In this document: positions 41,784-57,726 of the stretch, piece after piece
Position numbering within the stretch: the stretch's first letter is position 1
Layout: each line of letters begins with the position of its first letter
Source of the DNA: Bugula neritina
Lineage: Eukaryota; Animalia; Bryozoa
Reading direction: 5' to 3'
Assembly (NCBI GenBank): GCA_964035545.1
Contig: OZ037768.1
Location: forward strand, 12,595,675 to 12,659,674
Length of the DNA: 64,000 bases
Program-made: the position numbers and the translations under genes
The notes under the pieces: model-generated
Databases searched by the model: none
What the model was told of the DNA's origin: nothing
What the model saw: the letters and a program-made list of their open reading frames with translations, nothing else

Positions 41784-44700
41784 TCAGAAGTCAGAAGTAT
41801 TTTCCCTTTTCGCTTTTGAGACAAATGCAAAATATCGGCGCAGCCTCGCTGTAACAATTCTTGTCATATTCTTTTCTGCTATTCTGTGCAAAGTCTCAAC
41901 GTCTAAAGAGCACATAACATATATCAGATTAGTTATGTATTAAAGTTTTCTTGCTATGCTTTGATACAAGTTTACAATCCTAATATTTTTATATAAAGAG
42001 GGACAATATATTAATAGTGCTACTATTTGAAGTGTAAGCAGAAGCTAGTTTCATATTTCTAATCATATTGCATGTTACTATTAGCTTCAAAAGATATCAG
42101 AGATGTTCTTAAAAAAGACTGCTCAATGAATATAGTGGCTATACCCATAGCCAGCTGCATTGAGTGGAAGAAGGAAGTATTTCAAGGCAGTGAACAGTTG
42201 AGATTGTTTATACACTTCTGAAGGTATTAAAGTCTGGAGACATGCTAGACAGTTTGTATAAATTTGTATAAATACCAGCATGTGACATGCTATAACAACC
42301 TGTTTCTATACCTGGTAACTTTACATTGCTTGTAAAAATAACAGCTTTTCAATACTGATGAATCTTAGGGTGTTGACAGCTCAAAATTGGCAAAAGATAA
42401 AGTTGATAACAAAGTTTACTATTTAATACTACATACCACAAAGGCTGTCATTCATTGTCTGCTTATGTTCCTGCCATGTTACACCATCATCACTTGCAAT
42501 GACAATGGTTTCCTGTTCATCTTGACTAGCAGCAACATCTATTATGACAGGGCTGTAAAGGAAAAACACAGGTGCCAGTTTTAGAAAACAGTTATACTTT
42601 TTACATGTACTGTGTTTGAATAAAGATGTAATAACGTTTAATGAAAACATGAAAAAGTAAGAAAAGTAATATAAAGATTTTCAGTTTCTCCCACTAAACT
42701 CAATGACAAGTGTGTGAATAAAAAATTACCCAATAAAGGTGGCACAAGCAGGTTCTAGAGAGAGAATGGGGAAGATGAGTAATTCATAGTTTGTAAGAGA
42801 GGGCATCAGTCCTTTCTCAAGGAGACGGCACACAATCCTCATTGGTGCGGTTGCCACACCAGGTGGGATGGTAAAATGGACTTTCTCTCGGCATCCCTGG
42901 AAGACTCCTCCTCTGGCATCCACCAGGAAACTGATACGGAATCTAAAGTGAGATGCATATACCATGTGAACGCAGTTAATAATGAAGTAGCTGGTAGTTA
43001 ATTTATGTGTGCATGTGTCCGTGTTTGTGTGTGTGTGGGGGGGGGGGGGGTGTGTTGTTATTGCAGTAGCAGTTTTCTTATATATATAGAAAAGCTTCTA
43101 CTGTAATTATTAAAACAAACCCAATAGAACTGAGTAATGTTTGGCAACAGTTTTAACTGCAACAATTCTTCCAAGTTAGTTATCATTACCTTTTCAATTT
43201 GAGCTTCTCACTACAAATAAAGAGAAAACAACTGATTGTATATAACAAATTTACAAAATGTCTTTCATAAACCGCTTTTGAACTACATACAGCCAAAGAA
43301 TGAGAAACATGCTCATTGCATTTCTTGTCAATGTGATATTTAGAAAAAATAGATCAACTTGCTTCACATATAGTTGGTACATTATATACTAAACGTACTT
43401 AGTGACTCCAGGGTTTTTACTTTTCATTGAATTGTCAGAGTGTAAATCCTCCTGAGAATAAAGTGTGCTGTGGGCCTTCTTACAAGTTTTTCTCTTTTTC
43501 AGAGTAAAAACACTCTTGCATTTGAGGCCTAAAATGAATAGAATAAACTACTAGTATGGGTGTGTGTTGGTGTTTGTGGGTGTGTGCATGTTCGTATGTG
43601 CTTGCGTGTAAGTCGCTGCGTGTTCGTAAAGAACTGATATATATTTACATACATTGATGGCTAAATTATTGCTTGGAACTCACTAGGCCTCTAACAATAA
43701 AGTAAAATTAGCTATGGGTTTTACCATTATGCAAAACCATAAATTAGTAATATTCGATTCAATTTAATTCTGCAAATAATTGCCAGTATGAAACAAAGTA
43801 ATTGGTGAGTTAATAATCAGATCCTTACCAGCAGAGGCGATGCTACGTAAAGCCCGCCTGATTTTTCCTGTTCGAGGTTTTGTCTCAACGCTCTGCATAA
43901 CAGACACCTACATGGAAATTATTGCATTGCTATTGTACAATCACATTAAAATATGTTTTCATAGATTGACACTTCAATAGGCGTTTATAATATATATAAT
44001 AATGATATAATGCACTCCAAATACACTAATTCAATATTCATAATGCTGTGACCAATTCATCAAGTGAAGAGTGCCTAACTAAAAAACCAGTTACAATAAA
44101 ATGTCTTAAATAAACAGAATAATTGAAAATTTAACATTCTTTTGGCTGTTACACTGATTCACACAAAATTAACGACTTGTATATCTCAATGCTTAGCGAA
44201 ACATGACCAATTTCTAGTAAGTTACTCCAAATATTTTAAAGCTCTATCTAATCTCAGTCAGCATTCGTAAATTTCATTAATGTTATATTTACTAGTTAGC
44301 TGACTCAATAAATCAATAATTGACCAAAAACAGACCTGACATGCATTGGGAAAATGCTTATATCAAAACGAGTAAAATGATGCACTTTTAGCTCATGACT
44401 TAGAAATAGACTGTGATTCAGATAAACACTAGACAGAGCCAGATTGACTACTAATTTCCTCACATGTGCAATCAGCTTGTGAGACAAAGTTTAGAAATGG
44501 TTTGATCAACTCATTGATTAATGGCCCAGAAGATGCTGTAGCAATGTTTTGCTGACACAAAATTAAATGTCAGACTAAGTCAATGTGAACACAAAATTAA
44601 CACACTATCAAATATGTTTAGTCCAATATAAGTTGCAATATTGAATACTACAATGTTATGATTCTAATATCAAACTGTAGATGATGTTATAACAGATAAT

Positions 44701-47700
44701 GTAAAGGCAATGTCTACTTCTGCTTCATGTTTTGACAGAAATTTTACAATATTTACCTGGCTACTATGTCTCTCAGCTTTAGAGGTTGTAGGGAGACTAG
44801 CACCATACTTCAAGAGAATCTCTGCTGTGAGAGCATGGTTTCTCTGCCTGCACAGGTGCATTGGGGTTAATCCGTCCTAAAGTATACCATAGCAGTAGCA
44901 ACTCAATCAAATATTCAATATTCAATACTCAAATAATATTTAAGAAGAAAAGCTTTCAATTTTATGTTTTCCACTTTTGATAAGGGGCATAGTTCATGAC
45001 AATAATCAGTTGGTATAACAGTTGCAGTTGTAACATTAATGGCACAGTTTGTGTTGTCACATTATTTTGGTAACTTGGAGTTGATTTTCTTAGATTTGTA
45101 GCCTCTCTACTTACGAGCTGATTTAAAATAAAAGTTATCATCTTCTTTGACAGATTCAGGACCTTGATTTAAATCATTTATAAATAAAAACTAATCAACT
45201 ATTAATCACTTATAAAATAGATATCTGTTGAATAAAAAAGTAATAGAAGTTTGAATAAAGAAACTTAGAACAGCAAATGTTGAGATAGTATGCTGCCGCA
45301 CTGGCAGTTGATCACAAGAAGTAACTGCAACATCACTAGCTGTTCGGAAAAGGTAGACATACTTTGGTATAGCAGTTGGGACTAGCACCATTTTCCAACA
45401 GCATCGATACAATATCACTGAGTCCATCCATAGCGGCAATGTGTAGGGGGGTGAACCCATCTTCCGACTCTGTGCTTACTCCTGCGCCATACTCAATCAG
45501 AGCACAGACCGTATCCATGTCACCTTTTCCCACAGCATAATGTAGAGGCGTGTAGCCATTCTGTAAACACAATTACTAGTAACCGTTCAGTAGACTTTAT
45601 GAATCATTAGAGATTAGAATAAAGAATATAATTAACAAGATGTTAGCACTCTTACTAACATTATGATGAGGGTTTCTAGATTCAAGAAAATATAACAATT
45701 CTTTTTATAGGTTATGTAGTTCAACAGTAAGCAGAACATTAACATGGCCATTTACAATGTAGGTAATTTTTAATCATAAAAAGTAATGAAGCTAACATAC
45801 ATTGATCAAACAGACTCCAAAATGTTCATAATTTTGCTGAGCTATCTCAAGTTTAGCAGAATAACTCTCACCTTAGCCCTGCTGTCAGGGGAGACACCAT
45901 ATTTCTCCAGCAGAAGTAAAACTATTGCAGCTTGACCATGCTGAGCAGCTAGGTGCAGAGCTGTATGTCCATCATCATTTTTGAGTTCAGGCTTTGCGCC
46001 TTTTTGGAGTAACATCCTTGTTACTGTCTGTTGATTGTTTTCAATGCTGACATGGAGAGGCGTCAATCCATTCTACAAGCACCAGCATGCACTGTGCCTA
46101 CATGTAACTCAAAATAATTTAGGAGTAAATTCTGCAACAATTGAAAGTAAATTTGGGTAGACTGGTTTTTACCAGTCCGAACCAACATACACAGCCAACG
46201 GTTGTTCTCAGGTGGAGGAACTGAATACACTAAATTATTACCTTAGTCATGGAATCAAATAGTTTTGAATGCTTTGGAAGTGAAGTGATAACTCGTTCAA
46301 TTCCTTGTTTTGCTGCTACATGCAGCAGGGAATAGTTATCTCTAACCTCAGCATTCACATCAAACTCATGCTGCAACAGAAGCAGTACTCTATCTACACT
46401 ACTCACCACTTTAACTCTTGTTGTTACATAATAAACAAACACTATTTGTATAGCTATACAGGTTTCTTGAAGTAGTGATGAAACAGAAAAGTAAAGCACC
46501 ATTTCTAAAATAGTCCACCAGGAACTCATAGCCCACTTAACTTAAAGCTAAATGTAAAAGTTAAAGTCATTGCAGTGTAGTTCTACAGTTACTCCTAACT
46601 CTTCAAGTTGAGTGTGTGCTTACTGAAGATGGGTCTTCATTGTCCAGAGAAGAGGGTGTATGTAGTTGACTACTACTGATCTCACTCTGATCAATAGATA
46701 GTTCCTCACTGTCAACCTCTATTTCAGATTCACTAGCTCGGCAACACACTAAAAGTGACAATACTGTCATGTATAAACTCAGATATATTCATTTTACAAT
46801 CTGATTCAAGGAACACTATGTGACTTGAATACCACTTCAAAATATCAAACACACCATTAGCCGATCTTCTAATTTCATGCCTAGATCTTTACTAAATTTA
46901 CTGTACCCTTTCGCCCAAAACAAAATAGTAGGTCACAAACTAATACTGTAATAGTGGTTCATCTTCATCTAATGGGACTATATTCACCAGATTGATGTGT
47001 ATTTTACTGTGTGCAAACACTTTAATGAAAATATTTAAACTTATGCCAGATTGGCTATAATGATGGCAAGATGATATGGCAACATTGCCATATAGTAATG
47101 CAGGCAGCTTTAACTAGCCAAGCTGAAAAGGATATGACAAACATTCATATGATGCAGTCACTATAAGAGTGTACATACATGTAACTCATCAATATATTTA
47201 TATTGGAACAAAATTAGCTAAACCCAAGTGACTAACATATATATTGTAGTTAGACAAGTTTGTAAATTATTTAGATTTTCATGTAAAACTTACCCAAATT
47301 GGTGATTGAGGCCCGAAAGCTTCTGAATAATTCTAATATCATTTTCGCAGTATAAGCATATTCACATTCAACATAATATTAAGACAATAATGCTTTCAAT
47401 AGAAATGTAGACTAATAATTATGATGTAAGCAGTTTTTGTTGTGGGTAGTATTATGATTGTGATGTCATACAACAATGGTATCCCAATTTAAATTTAGCA
47501 AATATTTCAATTTACTATTACATCAACTTCAATATTTTATTATTAGGACTTGTATGCAACAATTTCGGGTTCTCAATATTTTACAAAGTGGTAGACAGTT
47601 TGTATTTAATTTGAATCTTAATAAAAAATTATTGAAATTCATATAAATTTGGTACCTGCAGGACAATTGGATTCAAGTGAATAAATTTTTGAATAACTTT

Positions 47701-47794
47701 TTCACTGCAGGTTTTTAAAAACCTAATATTAGAACAATTGAGAAAGCAGTACTATGTTCAGCATGTTTCCCTATTTACTTATCTGTTGGAGCAT
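41784..47794 (-). CDS. Ankyrin-repeat/ZU5 'mini-ankyrin' gene, copy C (12 exons, ~494 aa)
   Basis: Exons 47794-47779, 47332-47294, 46748-46624, 46370-46242, 46072-45872, 45560-45363, 44876-44757, 43907-43829, 43528-43399, 42942-42730, 42552-42437, 41902-41784. Same lengths and phases as copy B, open frame, same stop (...KRENTSDF*). Confidence 0.85.
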
Positions 47795-48893
47795 GTGAGG
47801 CCGTCTGCAACTTGAGTAAATTATAATAGTGCTAAATTTTCAATGGTAAATTTAATTATGAACGAACTAAGATCAATGATCTTATTAAAATTCTATTACT
47901 GTAGTATAGCATACATAATATATGAAAAATTACCAGAGTTACAATTCAATAATTTGTGAGAGAGTTATCCTTTTGTACACATATGACCATTCCACCCCCC
48001 CTCTTCCTATTATTTGAATAACCTGTGAGAGAGAGTTATCTTCCCTCTACTATATTGACCGCTCTTATATCAGACTGCACTGGCTAGTCAGAAATATACT
48101 TTGTATTTCAGTAGCCTCATCAGATTTGCAGGCCATTAATGTACCCCATGTAGTGCAGAGTAACTGTTACTCATTGCTTTGCTGTTTTTAAATGTAAACC
48201 TGAAAAATCAGTCATGTTATATTAGTTTTCAGATTCACAGTCTGATGTGAATAGATCTATTCTCAAATGCAACATTTTTAACAAGAATACAGTATATCAA
48301 TAATAATTTAGGAAATATATCAGGAGTGAAGGGTGACGTAATATGTTATCGGTGATTTAAGTTTATCACTAATGGTCAACCTTTTCATATTCTCAAAAAT
48401 ACAAAAAGAAAACCAGGCTGCTTGCTTAGTGCCAACATGTCACATTACTAATGTTGACACTGATCTGCAAGTGCTACAACATGCTGATAGTTTACTACTA
48501 TAAGAATATAGAGTAAACTATTTATTAGTCTTGAAAGGTATATATTATATATGATGAACTGTTTTTAATTGTCAATAGAAAGCAAGTACTATGGAATATT
48601 CAGTTTTATAAAGGTAGAAAATATACAATAACTGCTACTACAGAGTCACCAGTACTGTATGATGGATGATATTATCAACAATTCTACAATAACAAATGTA
48701 TGAATGGGATGGTAATGTACATAACCAACCAGTGTTACTAGGTCAGGAGAACTGACTAATCAGCTGTCTTCTCACTTGTCACTTTGTAACCAAAATAACC
48801 GCATCTTCTGTAGAAACTACTTCTTATTCTACTCAGCCTACTGTCCTATAATGAAAAATAAAAGAAGTGAGGAGACAACTTTAGATGAAAAAA

Positions 48894-51800
48894 TATGTGA
48901 CCTGGCACCACAAAACAAGGGATGTATATAAAATGTTGGAAACTCAATTATTACTATGGAGTGATAGAGCAGACTTTTTCGAACATTTTGCACTTTATTT
49001 GAAGTCTCTAGCATAAATAGAACTCGAGATATCAGTATTTAAAAACTTTAACGTTTTTAGAATTTCTAAATTACTGTTTCGAGAAAATCGCGTTTAAAGT
49101 TGGCAACTCTAGAATAAGTTGAGAATTATTTGTTTACAATTTACAAGCCTTAGCAACGGGTCTTTGTATAATAGGAATAGTGACAAATTTGGTATCAAAA
49201 TAATTGTGAAGATTTGGGCTTTCTGTTAAACGACATTTCATGCTGCCTCAACATAAAATTAGGTCAAATATGGCCGCCAAACTTTTCGTCTAATTTATTT
49301 GTCAATTTGCTTTTTACTTTGTTTAATGGTTGAAAGGTTTAACAATTTCAGCAAAGAAAAGGATGTTTCAGCAAGTTTGTTTGTTGAGATATTTAAATTA
49401 GGCATCCAAGTCAGCAGGAAATCATATAAAACAAAATGGCAGCTGCTTCCTCTTATACATTGAATATCTCCCTTTCCTCTAATATATTGTGTAATATATC
49501 AAACTGCAGCTATTGAGCTGTGCTGTTTCATAATTATTGCTTAATGAGTAGAACACTTATGAAAAAATTATTTGACTATTATGAGATCATGCGAGGTTCA
49601 TTTATGAATATCTTTATAATCTCTAACGGCAACTAAATTTAGCAATTGATTTGGCTGAGATGTTGAAAATATAAACATAAAATCAGCTATTAGAACTTTT
49701 GAGTTTTATTAGGCATTAATATTCACATTTAAAACATCAAATACATTATTTTAAAAAACCAATTAAATGCAGTAAAAAATCCAGCCTGGATACAACCATT
49801 ATGCTTGAATTAACTCTTATCAAGAAAAGAAAATTAGATAGCTTCTACGGTTTTTGCAAAGAAGGCACTTTTCATCTTTCTACTTCCTTGGTCTTCATAA
49901 TATGAGTTTACGGAGTATGGACACATAACATCATGTATGTGGCAAAAGCTTCATCACTATCATCAGCTGATTTTCTAGCAATTATAGATGCTGCTACTTG
50001 ACATCCATCCTGCCAATCTACCCACTTATTGTCTATTCCAGAGCTAAAAGTACAATGTTGACTTTTTTTAAATAACAAAAGGAAACGGTAGCTCGATTAG
50101 AAATTATACCCAGTTATATTATAAAAATTTAGTAGGCTAAACACTCTTGTGGTACTATTATGGCAACAGTTAATTGTGATCCTGCATTTTATCCACGTTT
50201 AAATTTATCGAATTAAACAGAACAATTTAAATAAAAAAAAATGCTTGATAATTTTCAAGCACATCATTAAAAGACTGCAAACCTTTTTTATGAATGAAAT
50301 AAGCAGAAGCCATAACCTTGCAAGCCAAAATTCGGAGTGTCTACATTAGAAGTATTAGATTGATAGGTAGTAGAGTTGTGTAGGTATAAGTCTTCACTCT
50401 AATGCCCTCGCAAGTCCACTTTCTAAAATGTACAGAATATCGGATTATTCTATATTAACATAGTATTATCAGTAAAATTATGCACTTGAATATCTAGCAT
50501 ATCTGCAATTGGCAATTTTGAAGCAATGTCTTTAGATAACTATTAACCACTCAGGCATTTAATTGAGTAAAAAAGCTAGCTTAGTGCAACTGAATCTATT
50601 AAAGACATTTACTATAAAATCGATTTGAATTCAATAAATTACTTTAAAATATGAATAAATTTTTGCTCATCTTATAATAAAATTTAAAAGTTTAGACTAT
50701 TTATGCATTCAGTTAGTGTTACTACTCACTAAATAAGACTAAAAGTAACTTACTAAAAAACTAAGTCAGTCAACTATAGAATCATCATGAACTCGCATTA
50801 ATATTTCATTATACTCATTTACATTTAGTCACATTTATCATTTCAATTTGGTTATAGGTGATGCTTTTATCAATATAAATATGATTATCAATTGAGTTTT
50901 GATAGTAACACTAACTGTAAGCTTGCATCATGTGATAAAGATCTTATCATTATATTTTAAATCAAACTTTGAGCTAATTTAAAAATTACAAAAGGAACCG
51001 GTAGTTTGACTAGTACTAGTAGGCCTAATGTTAATACGAATAGTAATAGTAATCAGTAACTGTATTGACAAAATCTAAGACAGAGGCTAAAAGTTACTAA
51101 GACTAAGAGTACGAGTAAGTCTAATGTAAATTGAAATATTAACTATAGAATAAATATGATGCTATCAGTATGAGTATAAAGTTTTAAGAGCAAAGGCGAA
51201 ACTCAGAGTCAGACTCAAATACTAATACAGTAATACTAATAAGTAATAAGTAATAGTAATGGTGAATTTATAATTATCAATTACTTATACTTATACTTAT
51301 AGTTTAAGTTATAGTTATACCATTAATATTATTAATGAGTTACATTGTCATTTGGTTTTACTACTAAATACCAGTATCAGTAAATCATGAATAATATTCA
51401 TCATGAATATCATTATGAGTAACCGTACCTCAAACTGTGAGTCATAGTGAGAGTCATTTAAATAGTTACTAGTACTAGTAGACTAGTAGTACTAGTAGTA
51501 TAGAATAGAATAGACTAAGACATACTGCTACTCCTACTCCTACTGCCCTAGTGATAGTATAAATATTAATAAATTGATAACTACAAATAATCCTGGCAAC
51601 AATTCTAAGTTAGTAGCGTAAATGATTGTTTTGAGTATAATTACCTGTATTGTTGTGGTTTTCAAGCTTGAACGCTAAAGATAAAGATTAAGTTCAGCAT
51701 TTATCACCAAAGGGCAAAACTGCTCAGTAACTTAAAAGCTAACTTTGGATGGAACACGATGAAAAACTAGAACTAGCCTTCGATTTTAAATATGATGCTT

Positions 51801-52165
51801 CTGAGAGTACGAAGAAAGAGGTGTAACATGAATTTATTTGATAAAAAATAAATTTGCAAGATCTCACGCTATGAAAATGACTAAAATTGTCTTCTTTCTT
51901 TAATTGATAACTTCGCAATTTTTTCATCATTTAAAAAATTGAAAGCCTTAGTTACCAACTTTAAATGCAATTTTAGAGCTGAAGGAATCATCAAATGCTT
52001 ACGAAAGTATGATTTTTGAAATCCTTGGATTTTTTTGCATTAGAAAAGTCTAAAATCTAAAAATTGAAAATTAATTTCAAATTTAAGTATTTCCAAAATA
52101 AAAAAACATTTTCTACACTTAATAAACGCCGCCACATCCCCGGTTTTGTCGCGACTGGTCACATA
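48894..52165. mobile_element. Second member of the same TIR transposon family (~3.27 kb) in unit C
   Basis: Same termini and body as 4105-7256, flanked by ATAT on both sides. Empty site in unit A at ~8863 (gaataaatattattcaaaac) and in unit B at ~28978. Confidence 0.88.
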
Positions 52166-52605
52166 TTATTCAAAACAGTAGAATATTGTATCATGATTAC
52201 TTGTTGCTTATGAGAGATTGTGACCAGTTATATAAACCAAGGCTTAGGGAATAAACTGAAAGACAAGGATTGAGTTTGGCAGGATAAACATACCTGACAA
52301 AAAGGTTAAGTTGAATTGAACAAAAATAGAAGCAGTGAAAAGCTGAACTAGTTCTGGTGTGTGATGTCACAGCAAATGAATTGACAAATTTTATTGGTCA
52401 AAACAGTGTTAGCCTATGCTATCACTTTGACAGGTTTTTCAAAATTTCCACATAGTCTTGCTTTGGCTTTGATTTTTAAGAATCGGAAAGTTCTGAAGTT
52501 GTCCCTACTTGATATAATATAACGGCTAAGTCTGAAGCATGGACTGCATTAGCTTACAAAATGTCATAGGAGGGACATAACTCCTACTATATACATAATA
52601 CCTGT

Positions 52606-53301
52606 TCAGTTGAGTTGGTAGATTAGAACTTTCTTCTCATCAGATCTGGGTACAATCAACATGTCTTATACACATGGAGATCAAATGATCTACTATCACT
52701 CTTAACAGTTGCCTCTTCTAGCATAGACATCTGTCTACCTACATTATAACAGGTTTACTATAGCCTAAATATAATATATATATCCAGAAATTGAAGGAAA
52801 ACATACACGCGCCTACAAATTGTTTTAATATATTTTAGTCTAGTGCTAACCACACTATATTCCAGGGTTGGGGTGAAATTAGTATTTTGTAATTGTAATT
52901 GGTTGTAATTATTCACATTTTTTCAAATAATTGAATGTAATTAATAATTGATGTGTAAAAATGTATATTTAATAACAATATCAGGAAACTCAAGCAAAAA
53001 ATTTGGCCCTACATTCTCTTCCATTTGCCCATAAAAGCATTTCACAATAACGTGAATTCATAGCAATTGCGACCATCACGTGGAAAAGTTGAGAAAAAAA
53101 ACAGTCATCAACTGATTTAACAAAGAGTTATGGGAAGGAATTACCTCATCATGTTTTCTACAAAATAGTTCACTGCAAACAGTGCAGTAGGTCACTGCTG
53201 GCACTTTCTCTATCCCTTTCTTTGTGCAGATGGCACATGTCACAGAGTTGTCCTCTACATCAGCAGAAGGCAGGCTTTCTATACTAACGTCAAATACTTC
53301 C
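52606..53301 (-). pseudogene. Relic B-box (TRIM-like) gene, copy C: exons 53301-53145 and 52738-52606
   Basis: B-box exon intact. The terminal exon has a 1 bp deletion at ~52665 (133 vs 134 nt), which shifts the frame. Confidence 0.65.
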
Positions 53302-55353
53302 CTGAAGAACAACACATAGGCTGAATAAAACTTCTGAAATGACTGTTCTGAATACATTACAATAGAGTGGCACTAGATACCTTTTTATAATTGTTAGAAA
53401 TATAAATATTGCTTAAATTTACTTGGCATGGACTCGATTTGTTTTATAATGACTATGCAATGTTTTGTTACTAGCTAAAATATATAATCTAATGTAAATG
53501 TGTTTCCAGCTGTCAATGTGCAGCACATGCTACCCAAGAATCACTATGCAAAAGTGTGAGTTCGTTTTAGATTACACATTTACCTGACTGCTAATTATAT
53601 TTTTAAACAATAAAGAAAATCACAATTTTCGAAAAATAAATTGCTTACAAATAAATGGTAGAATTAAATTTAAAGCTTAGTTGGTTAGTGGTAATTATAA
53701 TATTAATACTAATAGCAATACCATTACTATTATTACTAGTAGTATTACTAATAGTAATACTAATGTTAGTAGTAGTAGCAGCAACATTAACAGTAACAGT
53801 AAGTGTAACACTAACAGTGGCACTAGTATACTAACAGTACTACTAGCACTACTACTTGTAGTAGTACTAGTAGTATTACTATTATATTAGTATTACTATT
53901 AGAAATTAGCAGTAACAGGAGTAGCAGTAGTCGTAGACGTAGTAGTATTAGTAATAGCAGTAACAGCAGCAGTACTACAACTACTACTACTAGTGATAAT
54001 AGTACTAGTACTAGTAGTAGTAGCAGTAGTAGTAGTAGCAGTAGTACTACCGTATCAGTACTAGAGACTGAGGGTGAGACTGAGAGTAGACTGTAGTCGT
54101 AGAGTTAGAGTGTAACTCACTCTAACTGTAGAGTTGGACTTGGAGTACCCTTAGATGACGACATAGTTTTAGTCTAGTAGAAAACTAATTACTAAGCAGT
54201 AACTTACCAGCTATACATACTTATAGAGATAGCAATTACATTTACTGTGTCGATATAACTACGTAAGGGTTGCAGAATTGCTTACAGTCACTATAATTAT
54301 TTAATAATCAGTTTGACTTGAAAGCAAAAATTAACGTTTATGTTTGCACGTGCTGGAAAGCTCTTTGCGTTTGTTGAGGGAGGATAACTCCGGTTGCTTC
54401 GAAATTACATGAATTATTTCTCATAGCTACATAAGTTACAACTATTGGATAAATTTGAGCACGATTAGCAAATTTTTAAAATATTCTATTTTAGGCTGAA
54501 TTTTGTGTTGTTTTCTTTTAGATTCCAGATATGTTTGCTGAGTTATGTTGGCTTTTTCTGTATGTGAATGCTTATACCAAGCAACTGTGACAAGACATGA
54601 CAATGACTCCAGCCAATCATCGCTATGAGAAATATGTAATGATGAAACAATCGGAGTTATCCTCCCTTAGTAAGCGCAAAAAGCTTTCCAGCATGTGCAA
54701 ACATAATTTTTGCTTGCGCATTTAACAGACGCTAGTTAAGACATCCAAGCGTAGAAATACATAAACAATGTAAATTTCAAAACAAAATCACTCAACCATA
54801 CACAACAACGACCTGATAAGCATAGCTTGCATTACGTGAAACAAATTTATAGTGGATAAAATGAATATATTATAAGTTTATCATATATAGTATCAATACA
54901 AAAAAAATATGTATATTTGCACTTGCATTAACTTTGCTTTATATTTCACTCAACCTTTTGCTTACCAAATTTATATTATAGGTTTTTACCTTGTATTAAT
55001 CTAATTCAACTGAGATATTATGTCTCTTAGAAATACTATATTAGTAGAATGTACTCGATTATCAGATAATACCACCTCAGGCTATTTATAGTCGCTAAAC
55101 ACCTCTGCCAACAAATCCACTATAATGCAACTCCTTGTATCACTGTTAGGTCATTAAACAACCAGCCATTAAGTTTTAGGCAAATTTTCTACTCCTGTAT
55201 CTTCATATATACAGGCTTCATAGGAAAAAAGCCAATATTTTAGGCACATATTGTCACTCACTCTTTCTCTTCTCACATGTTTAATGCTCAATAAAGCATA
55301 TTACAATAATACTACATATACTAATAACACAAGATTTTTTACATTTTATTACA

Positions 55354-55492
55354 TTGTTGGGCTAAGGACTTGTTTAAATGAGGCACAGGAGCAATTATGA
55401 CTGGATGCTCTTCCTAACATCACCAATGGCCTTTGTCGGGTTCGAACCCACAACTTCGTGTTTATAAAGCAAACGCTTAAACCCCTAGACCT
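55354..55492 (-). mobile_element. tRNA-derived SINE fragment
   Basis: Minus strand shows an A-box-like ggtctaggggtttaag and a B-box GGTTCGAACCC, followed by a non-tRNA body (aggaagagcatccagtc). Confidence 0.6.
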
Positions 55493-55566
55493 GTGTGTGT
55501 AATAGTCCTTTCCATCAGGGGTTTCTCAGAGGAATAGTGACTATAAACTTGCGTGAGTATTTTTTA

Positions 55567-56018
<452 letters not shown>

Positions 56019-56409
56019 TCTCTTTGCTGTTTGCTTTTGTTTGAATCACCACCTTTTTTCTTTTGACCAAATTCATTTTGAAATCTTTTAAAAGCTACAT
56101 GGTAATGTTACTAGTATGCTTTGCAGCAGTATAAATTTCTCGCGTCTTTGTTTAATTTGCATGTAAGACATTCAATAAGCTATTAGGAGTGCTTTTGTTA
56201 TTCAATTCTGTTTCAATTAGTTCTAACTGGAAAAAAACAAAGAAAAGTAGTGTTTATGTCAATTGAAAACAACTTAGCAGTTTATAGGTTCTGCTCTGGT
56301 TTTCTAAAGCATATTGAACTCTATTAAATCAGATATATTCATCATTTTATATAGTATAATACTCTATATTCCCACTGGAATTAACTTAAAATGTCACCAA
56401 GTAGAAGAG

Positions 56410-56980
56410 TTAATTGGGCTAATATTATAATTTGTGATTGCAATTGGTTGTAATTATAACTATATTCTTTCAAGTAATTGAATATAATCTGTAATTGATG
56501 TATAAAAAGATAATTTTCATTGTTATAATTGTAACTAATTACATATCTAACGTAATTGATTATTACACTTACTTTATAATTACATGTCAATTACTTCAAA
56601 GTATTAAGTTTTTGAACATGTAATACTTTTCCTACTATGTCTTCTGCTAAATAACAACTATAGACAAGTTTAGATTTGTTCAACTTGGTATTGTATCATC
56701 CTATAAATTACTGTTTGGAACAATGGAGGTTCTCTACTGCCAAAATTGCTTGAGTATTTAAACCACAGAAGTGAGACTGTATATATAACTCTTATTTATT
56801 CTTTGTGAGAACAAAAGATATTGTAATTGCATGCCATAATTAATTAAATTACCATGTAATTGTGATTATAATTATTAATCACATCATTTTTAAATGTAAT
56901 TATAATTATAATTGTAATTGACAAGTTTCATGTAATTGTAATTGTTATTAATTACCTTCATGTAATTGACCCCTACCTTG
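56410..56980. mobile_element. GTAATT/AATTAC-rich MITE-like element
   Basis: Multiple gtaattg/caattac units, right terminus gtaattgacccctaccttg. Related to the half element at 9568. Confidence 0.5.
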
Positions 56981-57445
56981 CCAAGTAGGGTATAGTGTAA
57001 TAATTTCAGTGAGATCAGAACTTAAACTTTTGCATTTTAAAACAGCACACTTTAGCTAAAAATAATTATTATATATTATTCATATGTGCTCTGTTAATCA
57101 AAAGGCTATATCGATTGCCTGCAGTCTCTTGACATATATAGAACAACTTTTTTGTACACAAAAACAAGAGCTCAGTAGAATGTATAAAGATATATGGTGA
57201 TGAGGCTGCAACTCAAGGAATTGCAATTAGATTGTTCTTCTTTGATAGAAATATAATAGTTTAAAGATTTCTTCTCAAACTTTACATGTGTACAGCTAAA
57301 CATGGGGCAGCGTCAACTTCACACAACTCATTAATAATGTTCAATCATCATAGTTTAATTGACTTCTGTGATTGTTGATGATGGCAGCTGAGTTAGGCCT
57401 CAGGCTATCAGCTGAATACTTAGTGCTAATACTCTACCATATAAC

Positions 57446-57726
57446 TGTTATAACCCAACACCCTGATATGTTTGGCCTCCCCACCATCATTCTATTGTTA
57501 CAATGTAATTGTATTAATTTGTATTATGTGTATACTCTGTAACATATGTTATAGTAATTAGTGTACTTGGTTATATAATATTTTGTGCCTAAGCATTACT
57601 TATGCTAATATAGTAGTACATTCTCTGGCTTATGGTTTGAAACCGATTAAAGATTATCTACCACTCGAAACTAATCCAAACTTCCTTATCTCAATATCTA
57701 TTTTTCCACAAACAATTACAATAACA
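57446..57726 (+). mobile_element. Putative solo LTR (281 bp)
   Basis: TGTTAT...ATAACA inverted ends, flanks ataac/attac (5 bp TSD with one mismatch), and an internal ATTAAA. Confidence 0.55.

Larger units (their letters stand above)
41248..55345. repeat. Tandem segmental duplication, unit C (homology ends at ~55345)
   Basis: Colinear with 21470-32170 and 1-12270. Similarity stops just before the SINE at 55354. Confidence 0.92.
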
